Under the pieces are notes generated by a model. That model was not told the origin of the DNA. It did not search any database and was given only the letters and a program-made list of their open reading frames with translations. Of a stretch of DNA of 64,000 nucleotides, positions 37,076-49,052 are shown piece after piece. Every line of letters begins with the position of its first letter. The stretch's first letter is position 1. The DNA lies in assembly GCA_047495785.1 (NCBI GenBank), contig JBLDXI010000033.1, positions 1,302,001 through 1,366,000 on the forward strand, in the 5' to 3' direction. This DNA comes from Lepidodermella squamata (Eukaryota > Animalia > Gastrotricha). The position numbers and the translations under genes are program-made.

Positions 37076-39480
37076 ATGGAAAATAATAACCAGGTTTTCA
37101 TAGTGTCCATGGTCTTGACTTTAGTCATTGCGGTAGCATGTGATAAGCCGAAAGAGTTGGTAGTCTTCAGTCTTGTTCCAATAACACCCATTGGCAATGC
37201 CGCTTGCCAAGCCGCAATGGAAGTTGCAATCAAGAACGTGAATTCTCGCAACGATATTTTGCCGCAATACAGTTTGAAACCGGTCTACGTGGATGACGAT
37301 TTCATGGCCACAAATAAGGCAATAATGCGTTACGTTGATTTCATGGAATCGCAGAACAGTAGTTGGTTGGCAAGCCCTATTGTTGTAGGGCCCATGATCA
37401 CTCTCAGCTGTATAACAATAGGAAGATTCCTCCAATTCTACGGATCAACTCAAATCGCCATTGGTTGTGGAGTAGCGGTGTTGACGGAAAACCGACAAGT
37501 TTATCCGAATCTATACCGAGTTGGGCTGTCTGACGAGGTGAACATCGTGGCTTTCGTGAAACTAATGACCGACGTTGGAAATTGGACACGAGCTGCTTTA
37601 ATATCAGACTCGACCAATTCCTATGATTTCGACGCAGCAAAGCAAACAGAGCGGGAGCTGAATATTGCTGGAATTTCAGTTCCATGGTTCAATGTTATCC
37701 CAGCGATCGACGATGCCGCACTTCGGAGTCTAAAAGCCGCTAATGCCAGGATTATCTTTATGGTTATGAGTGGAGCTCCGCAGACCTTGGAAATTCTGTG
37801 CAGCATGTACCAATATGGCGTGACTCCTGCAAATGGGTAATTCAGAAAAGATTCCTATGGTGTTTTCTAATTTAATTATGATTTTTCAGATACGTTTTCG
37901 TATTTCGAGGGGCAAGCATCATTAGCGAGAAAAGCATTGTAGGCAGTTTGGTTCCATCATGTGGCGTAGTGGCAGTTGTAGAACAACTTTCAGGGTCTTT
38001 TCTAGCCGGAGTAACTCTGGGCCCGGTTAAAAATTTCAACTCGACACTAGGCTACGATGCCCAATCCTTTGAGAAGGCGTACATCAACGAAGCAGCGAGA
38101 CTTGCACCTGACTTGCCAGCCAATCAAATGCGGCTGCATACAATGCGGCACAAATGCTATGACACTGCCTTACAAGCCATAATTGCTCTAGACAAGGCTG
38201 AAAGGGAGTTGTCGAAGCGAAATATGTCCCTGTCGGATTTTCGAAGCTTCCCACAAATTGTCGGTGACATTGTCAATCGAACGGTTTCGAAATCTCGCTA
38301 CTCGTCACTTAGGGTTGGGGAGGTTATTCTCTCGAATAGGAGTGAACCGGATAACGAACCCCTCTACATCAAGCAATGGCGAGTTAATACAGATGGGAGT
38401 GGTGAGGTAGTATCAGAAATGCTATTTGATTCCCGCAGTGGGCTGAGGCAGCTTGAGAAAGTTAGAGACCCACAGTGGCTGACCCGTAATGGCAGGAAAC
38501 CTAACGATTCATGGAAAGAGATCGATGATATTGACGAGATAGACATTTCGATATTCATATCAGTTTTAGTTATCGGCTTGCTCGCATTTTCACTTCAGCT
38601 CATTTTCGGTTTCGCTTGTTGGAAACACCTGAAGCAAGAATTCTATTCGAAATGTTGTTTTCTCTTTGGGTGTCTTCTACTCCAAGTCGGGGCAATTATT
38701 CAGGTCGCTGATTATTTTGTCGATCCGGTTTCACAATGCATAGCCCGATTAGTTTTATTGACACTTGGTCTATCTGTAATACATGGATGTCTGTTTTCGA
38801 AACTTCTGGATTTGCGACTCAGCAAATGTTTCAACCCAAGCTCCCGAAAAAAGAAATGGTACGAGAGAAGTAATAATAACCCGACATCATTTAACAGCAT
38901 TACAACAAATAGCCGACTTCTGACAAGTTTCAACCGAGTTGCGTCAGCGGCTTCGTCCGTTTCATCCAAAGTCTTTGAGATGCCGAAGAAATATTCAGTT
39001 TTCTATTCATCTGCAGCAACTTTTGTTGCCCTGAATGCGCTTATTTTGATCATTTGGCTAGCTGCCGATCCCCAGAAAAGGCAGTTAGTTGAGTTGGGCG
39101 ATGAACCTGACTACGATCCCGATTTGGATGCCTTCGTTCACACATTTGCCGCAACCTGTAGCTGCCGACACGGAGTAATTTATTTGGGAATTCTCGGAGC
39201 TTTGCACGTTCTCCTCATGGTTTTCAGCTTCATTTTGGCATATGAACTCAAGTTCCTGATTATTCGAGACGCCATTGGAGAGTTGCAAGAGGTCAAATAC
39301 TGCTTGATGAACTCGTGCACTGTGTGTCTTGCTACGGCGCTTGTTCTCACCACCTTCGAATCCCCGTTAACGCAAAACATTGTTCTGGCATATGTTTCGT
39401 TGGCGTTGTCTCTATCAGGATCACTGACTATGTTTTACAGACCCACTAAACTCTTACTACAAATACGTCAGGAAATTTGA
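37076..39480 (+). CDS. GABA-B-like class C GPCR, paralog 4; one intron ~37837-37889
   Basis: Same motifs and same intron position as paralogs 1 and 2. Confidence 0.87.
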
Positions 39481-39827
39481 TTCTCTCCTATTTTACGGAA
39501 CCAAAGCAAAAGTATGGGTAACACTTCAGTCCTTTCGTGATTTCCGAATTCGTTTTTCACCGATTTAATGTTGTAGCAAGTACCTAACAATCGAAACCAT
39601 ATTATTTACCTTTAATGATGTGTGTTTTAACTCTGAATTATTCAGCTTTCAATATGCCATTTGGGACATTTCCGTACCAAGCAGGTGAAAAATTTATAAT
39701 CCAACCACTTAACCAAGGATGGAACTGTTCTCACGTGTTTTTTGGCGTATAAATAAATAATTGAATAATGGCTAGCCTGGGTGTTTTCAGGTATTTCAAT
39801 TTGCACGTTCATTTCGATTTTCAGAGC

Positions 39828-41432
39828 ATGCTGTCAGTAAACCCATACTTCCTCCGTTGTGTTTTCGCTGCAGCTGTTTGGCCACTCGCAGGTAGAAAAG
39901 TTCCATTTCCTTCTCCTCCCCATATCTTCTGAACTGATGTAACTACAGTGAGCTATACGGCTTTGTTCCGACCACAGCCTGATGTGACTTCATTGCCCTT
40001 GCCCGAGCAATATGCGGGCGCCGCTACAGTCTACACGCTGGATTCATTTGACATGGTCAACGCAACAGTTGGAGGCTCGCTCGGAGGCCATGTCACTCTG
40101 AGCGACGATGCAACCATAACGTTCGATGGCGTAAGGCTTACTAGTGAGACTAATGAAGTGTACTCCTCTTACATGAAAAATGTCAATGTAAAAGTTATTT
40201 TTCTCGCTTATCTCTCTTAAGATCATATAATATTTTATAGTATTTCGACGAATCGGCAACCTCTTTCCGAATCGAAATGGATGTGCATGCTTCTTATCCC
40301 TATGAAGGCTACACTGGCTGGCTAATTGTAATAATCGACTACGACTCTGTTACGCTCCGTAACTTGAATAACGCAAGAAAAGATGAATGAAGTTTCGTTG
40401 TATTTCTCACAGGCCAGAATGCAGAAACTTTGGCTTATGATACAGTACTAGGCCCGCAGGGCCTGATGCTGACACTGGAAGTGAAGACAGCTGGTCTGAT
40501 GCATGCGACAGTCCTTAATGAAGCAGAAACAGGCACCGTCCCTATACCCGGGGTTTCCTTTCTGTCATCTTCACCCGCGTGTGGCTCGGGTAGAGCCCTC
40601 ACTTCATCTGGCACGAGCGATTTTCGCTTAATCATTCAATCTCACGAAGATTTGGTTACGGTAAATGAAGCCTTTACCCTTAAACCCAACTAATTCTGAC
40701 TAAAGGTTGCCCTTGGGAACGGCTTCAACGAGTCATGTATATGTTTTTCCGAATTACCTGTTCCTGGAATAGGGAAAACTATGGCGTCTACACTAGCCAA
40801 CGTGGTTGTCGCCGGAACATGGGGTCAATATGTTGACTTGCTCATCACAAAGCTGTATTACTTTGGTTTAACCCCTGGTACTGACGGTGGATCTGCAATG
40901 CCAACTGCAGGGCAGTGCTTACCCAAAGATTTCACGGCTTATACAAAAAAGTAGAATTTGCGAGTATCTATGTTTCGAATTAACATCTAATTTTTGAAAC
41001 AGGGCTCCGACCTCGAAAGCTCCGACCTCGACAGCTCCGACCTCGACAGCTTCAACCTCTAAAAGTTCTACAACCACTTCAAGGTGGGTTTGATAACTCA
41101 TTGATAGGGATTTTCAACCTTTTTTATTACAAAGTGTCTCTACGTCTACCGCCATGACAAGCTCTAGTACGAGATCATATAGTACTGATTCCTTGTCAAC
41201 ACTATCAACGACTGGCCAAGCAATTTCTGCCGCGGCGATTTCGACATCAAGAGTACCGACCGACAAAAGCAACGCTTACATCATCGCAGCAGTAGTGGGC
41301 AGTATTGTTTTTGTAATTGGGATCGTGCTTTTGGCCTACAATCATTGCAGGAAGAACAAAGGACCGCAGCAACGAGTTGAGCCTGTGCCGCTCGAAGACC
41401 TGATGCGCGAATCTGCCCTCAGCAGAAGATAG
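39828..41432 (+). CDS. Orphan type I single-pass membrane protein with Ser/Thr-rich stalk; multi-exon
   Basis: Signal-like MLSVNPYFLRCVFAAAVWPLA and frame-compatible short GT-AG introns. APTS repeats; TM AYIIAAVVGSIVFVIGIVLLAY followed by basic CRKNK. Confidence 0.7.
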
Positions 41433-42631
41433 AACAGTTTTTTATTCTATATCCTTTATACTTATACTTAAGTAAAATCAAAAATTGAATTCAATGCTGT
41501 ATTTGAGACAGTCAGAAAAAAGTTCGACATCGCATATCGAACACCTAAAGACAAATGGATTGTCTAGCAAACGGTTTCGTGCAAAAGAGCGATCGTTTTA
41601 ATAAACAGTTAAGCATAAGCATTGAGAATGTGTCGTATTTGGAGTGAAGTCTATTTTTACAATTGGTCGAGATGGAAAATATCTTTCCGTAGCGCAAAAG
41701 GAAAATTGTGGACAGGGAAACTTTGTACAGCTCTTCTGCTTAGTAGGTGAATAGCTTCGCAACGCCGAACTATCATTTTGGGACGAAATTTGGCATGGGC
41801 GTACCCATAATTGGAAATCACTCTGACACACCTCCGTTCGTCAGATGCAGTGAAATTCGGAAGTTGCCCACGGTTAGGAGCTGCCTGCTTTGAGACTAAA
41901 AATATCTCGCACGCGCTTAAAATATTTTTAGCTCTAAGCTTGGGTTCGAATAATGCAAAAATAGAAAGCTTAACTCAGACAACCCGGAGAGTTTTAATAA
42001 TATGTTTAAAAATATGAATATTCATGAGGTGCTAATTAAAATTCAGATGCAATAAGGACGAGCAAAGTTGCAAGATAAAATACTCTAGATTCGCTCTAAC
42101 TTGGCGCTAATAACAGCACATTTCTCTCTGATTTTAGCGCTGATTTAAGAATCTTCTAGTTTCAAGATACATCATGAAATATATTCATAATACACTTGCT
42201 ATCCTACTTTCATCCGAACTATTTTTAGGGCTGGTCCGTTTCCATTGCTATTTGCCATTGCCGGAACTGCACATTGTTGTTAGGGTGGATTTATTTAGCA
42301 GCTAGTCCTTCGATATTCCCGTCTATTTAAATGTCTTCTTTGATTTGTTCATTCTAATATTACAATTACAAAGTGAATTAACATAAGCGTCATTAACTAG
42401 TAAAACTTATTAAAGCATTAAATGAAATCAGCAAAATTAGGATATGCATCCGATATAAAAAATTCGCATCTCGCCACGAATCATTATGAAGTGAGCATCT
42501 GATATCGGCAATTAATTTTATTTTTAGTTGAGAGCAAGTCGTTCAGACCTTATAGAAGCCTCATGGATCCTTTCTGAGCAAAGTCAACGCTGAAGGCAGT
42601 TCCTAAATAACGAAAATACCAAGTTTCATCA

Positions 42632-45323
42632 ATGATAGCATTTATTGTAATTAATTTTTTGCTCGGAACTCCGCAATTTTCGCTGCCAGTTGGCGGTCAG
42701 AAATTGTCGATGAAATCCCCGATGCCAAACATTGTGAGCCCGAATCTTGGAGTTTCAAGTAACAAACAGCAACTCAGAATTCTAGCCACTGTTCGCTACG
42801 GTTAGTAATTTCAACATCCTCCGAACTATTATTTAACTTTCTCTCAGGTGGAATGAGCGCTCCAATTGGTCCAATGAGCACAGAAGCGACTCGAATAGCC
42901 ATAGAATATGTTGCGAAAATCGGGCTGCTCACGAACTATGAACTCGCCATTGAGTTTATAGATAACCAGGTTTGACTCATCCTCTAAAAATCAATGCACT
43001 TTCTACTTATTTTTTACTTGAAGTGTGACCAGTCACTCGGTATATCAAGGTTTCTCAGCGCTATGAAGGAAAATGAAGATGCGGACTATCGTCTTCCCGT
43101 GTTCATCGGTCCCGAGTGCCGCGATCAGTTGGCAATAGCCCAGTTAGCTCAACATCTCAACTTTGTCGGGGTATAACTCATTAGTCCTTATTTCACCCGA
43201 ATTAATGATGATATTTTTCAGCTGGCCTCTTCCCCTATCAGTCCTTTGATGTACCACATGCGGGACTTGTATCGGTCTTACTACGTCATCACACCCTCGC
43301 CGGATGTTTTCAGCAGTGCCCTGGTCGGACTTATTCAATCGATAGGCTGGAGCAAAGTTTCGGTTCTTGGCGACTCAACGCCGTTAATGGAATACTTGAA
43401 CTCCGTTCTGGCTAAGGACCTCGAAAGAGCTAATGTTACCATAACCAGTTTAGCGAAAGTATTTTACCCGCCAACTGGACTTGCTGCTACCGAAGACAAT
43501 TACAGAGATGCGATTGAACAACTTCGCAAGAACTGGCCTAGAATTGTTGTAGTCAACGCCCAGCAAGGTGGCTACATCGCATGCTACCTACACAAAGCAG
43601 GCCTTTACGGGCCAGGTTACGTCTATCTAGTCCATCCTTACACCAAATTTTCATCCAACCACCCTGTTCGATGGCCTTGGTGCACCGAACATATGCTCTT
43701 TGAGGTGTTACAAAGCGTTATTTACTACAACTATGAGCCTATTATTAACATCAAGAATCGCGTTGTTGATTCTCTCGGAATGAAATTGAGCACATTCGAA
43801 GAGGCATTGCTTCAACGAGTTGATCGCACGGATAATTATTACTACTGGGAGTGTTGTAGAACTTTCATGTACGAACAAGTGATGGTTGCAGCTCTAGCGC
43901 TGAATGACACAGAAACTATCTTGAATCTACGCAATCAAAGCTTAGCGGATTGGGTTACATCGAGCAGCAATTTTCGGAACAGCGGCATTCAAATACGTGA
44001 CTTGATTGCAGCTTCTATGGAAAACGTGGTCTACTCGGGTTTCTACTCCGACCTGAATCGATCGATGAACGCTAAGAATGGACGAGTTGCGTTCAACCAG
44101 GTTCAGCTAATGAAAAATCCGGCCGAATCCCAGAAATCCGGTTTCGATGCCTCATTGCAAGATGTTACGATAGCAATTCACAATGGCAGAAGCAATTTCC
44201 AGTTGTTGACTCAAAAATTGAAGTGGCAGACTCATGACGGAATGCCACCTCCTGATTCGCTTCAAATATTTTGAGTTAAGGAACCTTTGTTACCGATTAC
44301 AGCAAGGTCTGCTATCACAGCTATTTCTTCGATTTTGTTAGCGATGATCGCGGTGGTTTTTCTCCTTCTAATATTGATGCGAAATCGAGAAATTATCCGA
44401 CATTCTTTATTAGAGTTCAACGTCCAGGTTTTGCTTGGATCGATGCTGATGTTAGCAGGTGTCCTAACTACTACGCATGATATGGAAGCAAACGTGCACC
44501 AATTTTGCATGGCGAAGTGTTTTCTCGTGATATCAGGTTTCTCGCTGATGTCATCGTCACTATTATGCAAACTTTGGTTAGCTAAAACTCTAATGGTAGC
44601 CAAAAACGATCGCCCAAAAGTGAAATTCCGATTAGAAGCTTTTGCCTCAAGCGCATCAGGGCTCGACCTGCCTCGCGCTCTGGCGCCTCATGTTATTCAA
44701 CCTGTCAACCTTGATAATTTAAGAAAAAACGGGATATTGCGGGCGATTATTCTGTCCCTTTCAATCGACTTGATTGCGATAATTTGGCTGTCGATATTTC
44801 CATTTAAGAGCGCTGTTATGGAAGGACCCTTGCAATATTCAACCATTGATCTAAGCCTAGCCTACCAGCCGTATAGTTACGTCTGTTCACTATCGAGTTC
44901 GAAAATTGGAATATTCCTCCCACTTTTTGCTACCATTTTCTGCTTAATCTATTTCATCGCGTTGTTTCAGGCTGTATCCGTTCGAAAGGTTGGTTTCACT
45001 GTTATAATATTGAAAGAATTAGTTGAAATATTGATATCCAGCTTTCGAGTGCTATGATAAATGATATTCACTTGGTTGGTTCCGCAACATACGCAGTCGC
45101 GCTGGTTTCTATAGCTGGAGCTTTGGTGGTCGCGGAATTCTTTTCAAAAACTGACGCGGCATTGCAAATAGGGCTAGATTCTGTCACGATCATCGTAGCA
45201 TCTTTGCCACCTGGAATAATTTTTCCGTCAAAAGTAATAATTTGTTATAGCATTCGTTTTTCATGGTAAGATATTTTGCAGGTTTTGCATCGCTGGTTCC
45301 GCGACAGTAGGGTTTATTCCTAA
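42632..45323 (+). CDS. GABA-B-like class C GPCR, paralog 5 (divergent, multi-exon) with an in-frame TGA at 44272-44274; possible pseudogene
   Basis: LLTNYEL..EFIDNQ|CD, VFIGPEC, GWSKV, RIVVVN, CYLHKAGLYGPGYVY, W....PPPD; 7TM with FCMAKC, LCKLW and VRK|LSSAMIND..VG.A.Y. Confidence 0.8.
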
Positions 45324-45763
45324 CCGCAATCACGTATGCGATGAGACACTTCGCGAACATGTTTATCTCGAGTGATCAAAAGCTTAATTTTACGTATTAT
45401 TTTGAAATGTTTAATAATTTTCGGAAATAAAATTAATAAATTAATCTATGCCTCTTATCGGTGGAATGAGTTAGGTAATAAAATATTCTCATGTAATGAA
45501 GTTCAAAGGTCGTTCAAAGGTTCAAAGGTTCAAACGATACCGTTGTATCGCTATTTGGACTGAAAAAATGAGACTATTATTGACCTATTCTTGACCCACT
45601 TACCATTGAACTTTTTCAACCATTGACCATTTTTTCACACGCATTGAAACAAAAGCGTGCAGCTCATTTCAATCTACCAAGACACACGCTTGATTGTCTA
45701 ATCATTTTTCTGCACATTATTTCTGATCATTTTTTAGTGATTATAATAACAGTTCATAATAAA

Positions 45764-46868
45764 ATGTCGACTTCTGCTAAGAAAATCGTCCTAACCGCTC
45801 CATCGAAAGATCCGACTGCAGGACTGAGTCTCGTGGAGGAATCCATTCCCGAGCCAAAAGCTGGCGAAGCTCTCGTAAAAGTTCTGTACTCCCCAGTCAA
45901 CCCAAGCGACGTTGGTGTCTTAAAAGGAGGTTATGCCACTCGTTTCCCACTGCCAGCAACGCCCGGTTTGGAGGGTGTAGTCGAGGTGGTCAAGTCACCC
46001 AGCGGTGCCTTTCAGCCGGGTGATCGGGCCCTCGTTCAAACCCCGATGTGGGGCTACTGGCGCCAGGCTGGAATCGCGCTAGAAAAAGACCTCATGAAAT
46101 TGCCGAAGGAACTACCGGCCGAAGCTGCTGCAACTCTGATTGTCAATCCATGCACTGCTTACATGTAAGAAAAGCCTGATGGGATCTTCCGATATAATTT
46201 TGAAATTTTGTAGAATGGTTAAGCACAGTATCCCACTTACCGCGGGAGATGTGATCATTCAAAATGGCGCTAATTCGGCTCTTGGAAAAGTCGTCATCCA
46301 ATTAGCTAAAGCCCTTGGTTATAAAACCATCAATGTCGTCCGAGAACGGCCGAATTTGCAAGAGCTGGTCGATGAGCTGAAGAAACTCGGCGCCGATGCT
46401 GTCATCACCGACGAACAGTTGAAGGGCGGTCTTGACAAGCTTAATCTCGGCCTCCCAGCTCCTAAATTGGCTCTTGAATGTGTTGGAGGCGAGGCTAGTC
46501 TTCACCTTGCTTCAGCTTTGGCTAACGGCGGAACTCTAGTTGAATACGGCGGCATGAGTGGCAAGCCTGTTTTCCTGTCCCAGGGTGACCTGGTATTCCG
46601 TGAAATTCGCGTGACCGGCTTTTGGTTGACCTCGTTAGTTGAGACATGACTTTTTTATATTATTTTCACATGTTTACCCTCATTTAGGTGGATTACGAAC
46701 AAAAACGAGGCTTTCATTCAAGTTGTCAAGGACATTGCGGGTCTTTACGTGACTGGCAAGTTGGAAATGCCGAAATTCCGAAAATTCCCAGCTGAGCAAT
46801 TCAAAGAAGCTATCAATCATTCGACAGCCGGCTTTACCAACGAGAAGGTCCTGATTCAATTTAATTGA
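45764..46868 (+). CDS. MECR-like enoyl reductase, paralog 2; 3 exons
   Basis: SPVNPSDVGVLKGGY, LPATPGLEG, VNPCTAY, IQNGANSALG, ALECVGG, YGGMSG, GFWL, KVLIQFN*. Confidence 0.9.
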
Positions 46869-47033
46869 ATCATCTTGAAACATTGATTCAACAAAACTGT
46901 TTATCAGAAGAATAAATTTCAGAAAAGCATCAATTAAAATATTTATTATCCTTCTTAAAACTCATTATGAGTCATGATGGCGAATGATGAGCAAAATAAC
47001 CGACAGTTTCAATGCAAAATGGCAGTAAGATCC

Positions 47034-49052
47034 TCATTCATCAGGTTTATGAAACGAGTGACTAGGCGACGCTGGTGTCGATATAATTACCTCAGCCGAC
47101 TGACTCCGAGTTGTTCGACCACCACTATTACCTGGCACGTTCAGCAAATTAGGATCCGAGCCGCTCAGCGACTCGTTCGACCTTCGCCTCGCGCCGCTGT
47201 AGTAGCTGATGTACTTCAAATTATCGTAGTCACCCTCGATTTCGTCCGGCAACTCGATGATAGGCTGCGGTGATGGTGTCTGCGTCCGGTTCAGTAGGCT
47301 GGTCGATGCTGACCGCTCCAACAATTCGATGACGTCACCGGGCGCCGCTGCTGCCGTTGTCGGATCAATAGTGATAATATTTGCATTTATTCGCCGTTGT
47401 TTTTTTCGCTCTTTCAACGCTAACACATCTTTCAACCGGCGGCCTGGCTTTTGAAACAACACAGTCTCGTCCTCGGTTGCAACAACAATTATCTGGAAAA
47501 AAAGTTCAAATTCAAACAACAATTAGTTCAAATCAGAATCCAGGTTAACAAATTTCAAAACGGCCCGAAGCAAAATAAAAAAATGTATAAGACAACATGA
47601 AACGATAACAAATAGGAGCGTAGTGATTTTAAAATTTTCTGTCGTGTTTGCAATTAAAGGTGATAATAATATTTTTTTGTGAAGCTGTCATTGCACGAGG
47701 CGCATAGCAAATTTTTATTGCATTATAGCCATGCTTCGTTTGTTTTTTTTCAGCGGCTTCAAACCTTTGTTATTAGCTCTTCGGTGGTGATCTACGAGTT
47801 TCAGCTAATGAAATAAACACACGAGTTGATCGAAATCTATTATATCTAGGAGCAACTAATAAAATGATAGTATGAACTTAAAATTAATTCTAAATTTAAA
47901 GGTAAATGAACTTAAAATTTGCGTATCGAAACATTCACACGCATCAGGTTCCTTACGAAATTTTTTACAGCATATCTTCCATTTCGATTATTATTGTCGA
48001 CTATTTTTATACAAGAAGCAGTAAGTTAATTGAGCCGAAAAAATATTGCGAGAAATATAAGCTGCTAGTTAGTTGAAAAATCAACTTAATTTCGAAAGAA
48101 AGCCTATAATATTTCATTTCTTACACTAGCATATCGAAAAGCAACTATCACTAGTAGTCAAGTAGCAGCGGTCATAGACACATAGATCGCTCTATTTTTT
48201 TCCGATAAAAAAAGCAAACATTAATGGCGATTTCTGATTAAGATCAGATTACTAGGGTACTAATAAATTGAAATACCTTGGATAAACCACGAGGTCTCGG
48301 AGCTAGAGGCCCTTCGCGTTCTATAATAAAGTCTGCGGCGGTTCGAGGTCGAGATTCCGGTTTGTTCTGGTTCGAACTACCGCATTGATTCTCGTGAATA
48401 GACCCAGGCGATGTTTTAGGATCTCCGCCGCATAGCAAAGCTTTCGGGGTGAGAGATCTGGCCGAAAATCGTTTTCTATCGACGTCTTCGTTATTTGCTG
48501 AACCTTGGCCGGAAACTGTTGACATTTGTTGGCGGTAGCGTTTGTTGTTTTTCTTACGGCGCATGGCTTCTTTCGGCGGGCGTAGGTTCCAGGCCCAAGA
48601 GATCCATAATTGGTAGACGGCATAGCACCATGCGATGACAACAAAGCACATGATTATTATTTCAGGTATCGAATAACCGGTTGGGAAATCGTCGAGTTGA
48701 GTAACATTTGGCAAGTCATCGCGGCTGAAATTCCGCTGAGATATGATGTTATCTAAATTAAAAAAAAAACCTCCTTAAAAATTAAGTTTCAATTTTCAGG
48801 AAACGTACTTGGAAAATTCGTTTTGAGAGCCGTGTTTGCGAAAATTTCGGCTGTAGTAGATGCTGAATTGAGCGGCGATCGTGTAGACCTTGCTTGCTGC
48901 GCCAATTTAACTGTTTGGTAAGATACCGATCGCAAATTAGGCAGGCTGCTAGTAACATTAGTGCGTAGTTTTTTATCACTAATTGACTTCCGATTATCAG
49001 CAGATTTCCGCTGATTTACCAATAGCGGATTACTGCTGCTTTTATTTCGCAT
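47034..49052 (-). CDS. Single-pass membrane protein with disordered flanks (TM weakly reminiscent of the FNDC4/5 C-terminal region); at least 3 exons
   Basis: Exons ~49052-48808, 48753-48277 and 47492-47034 join in frame across GT-AG introns. TM EIIIMCFVVIAWCYAVYQLW followed by RRKKNNKR. The 5' end is uncertain. Confidence 0.6.

Noticed and set aside
44272-44274. Selenocysteine reading of the in-frame TGA
   Set aside because: Not a Cys-homologous or redox position, and I could not identify a SECIS element.
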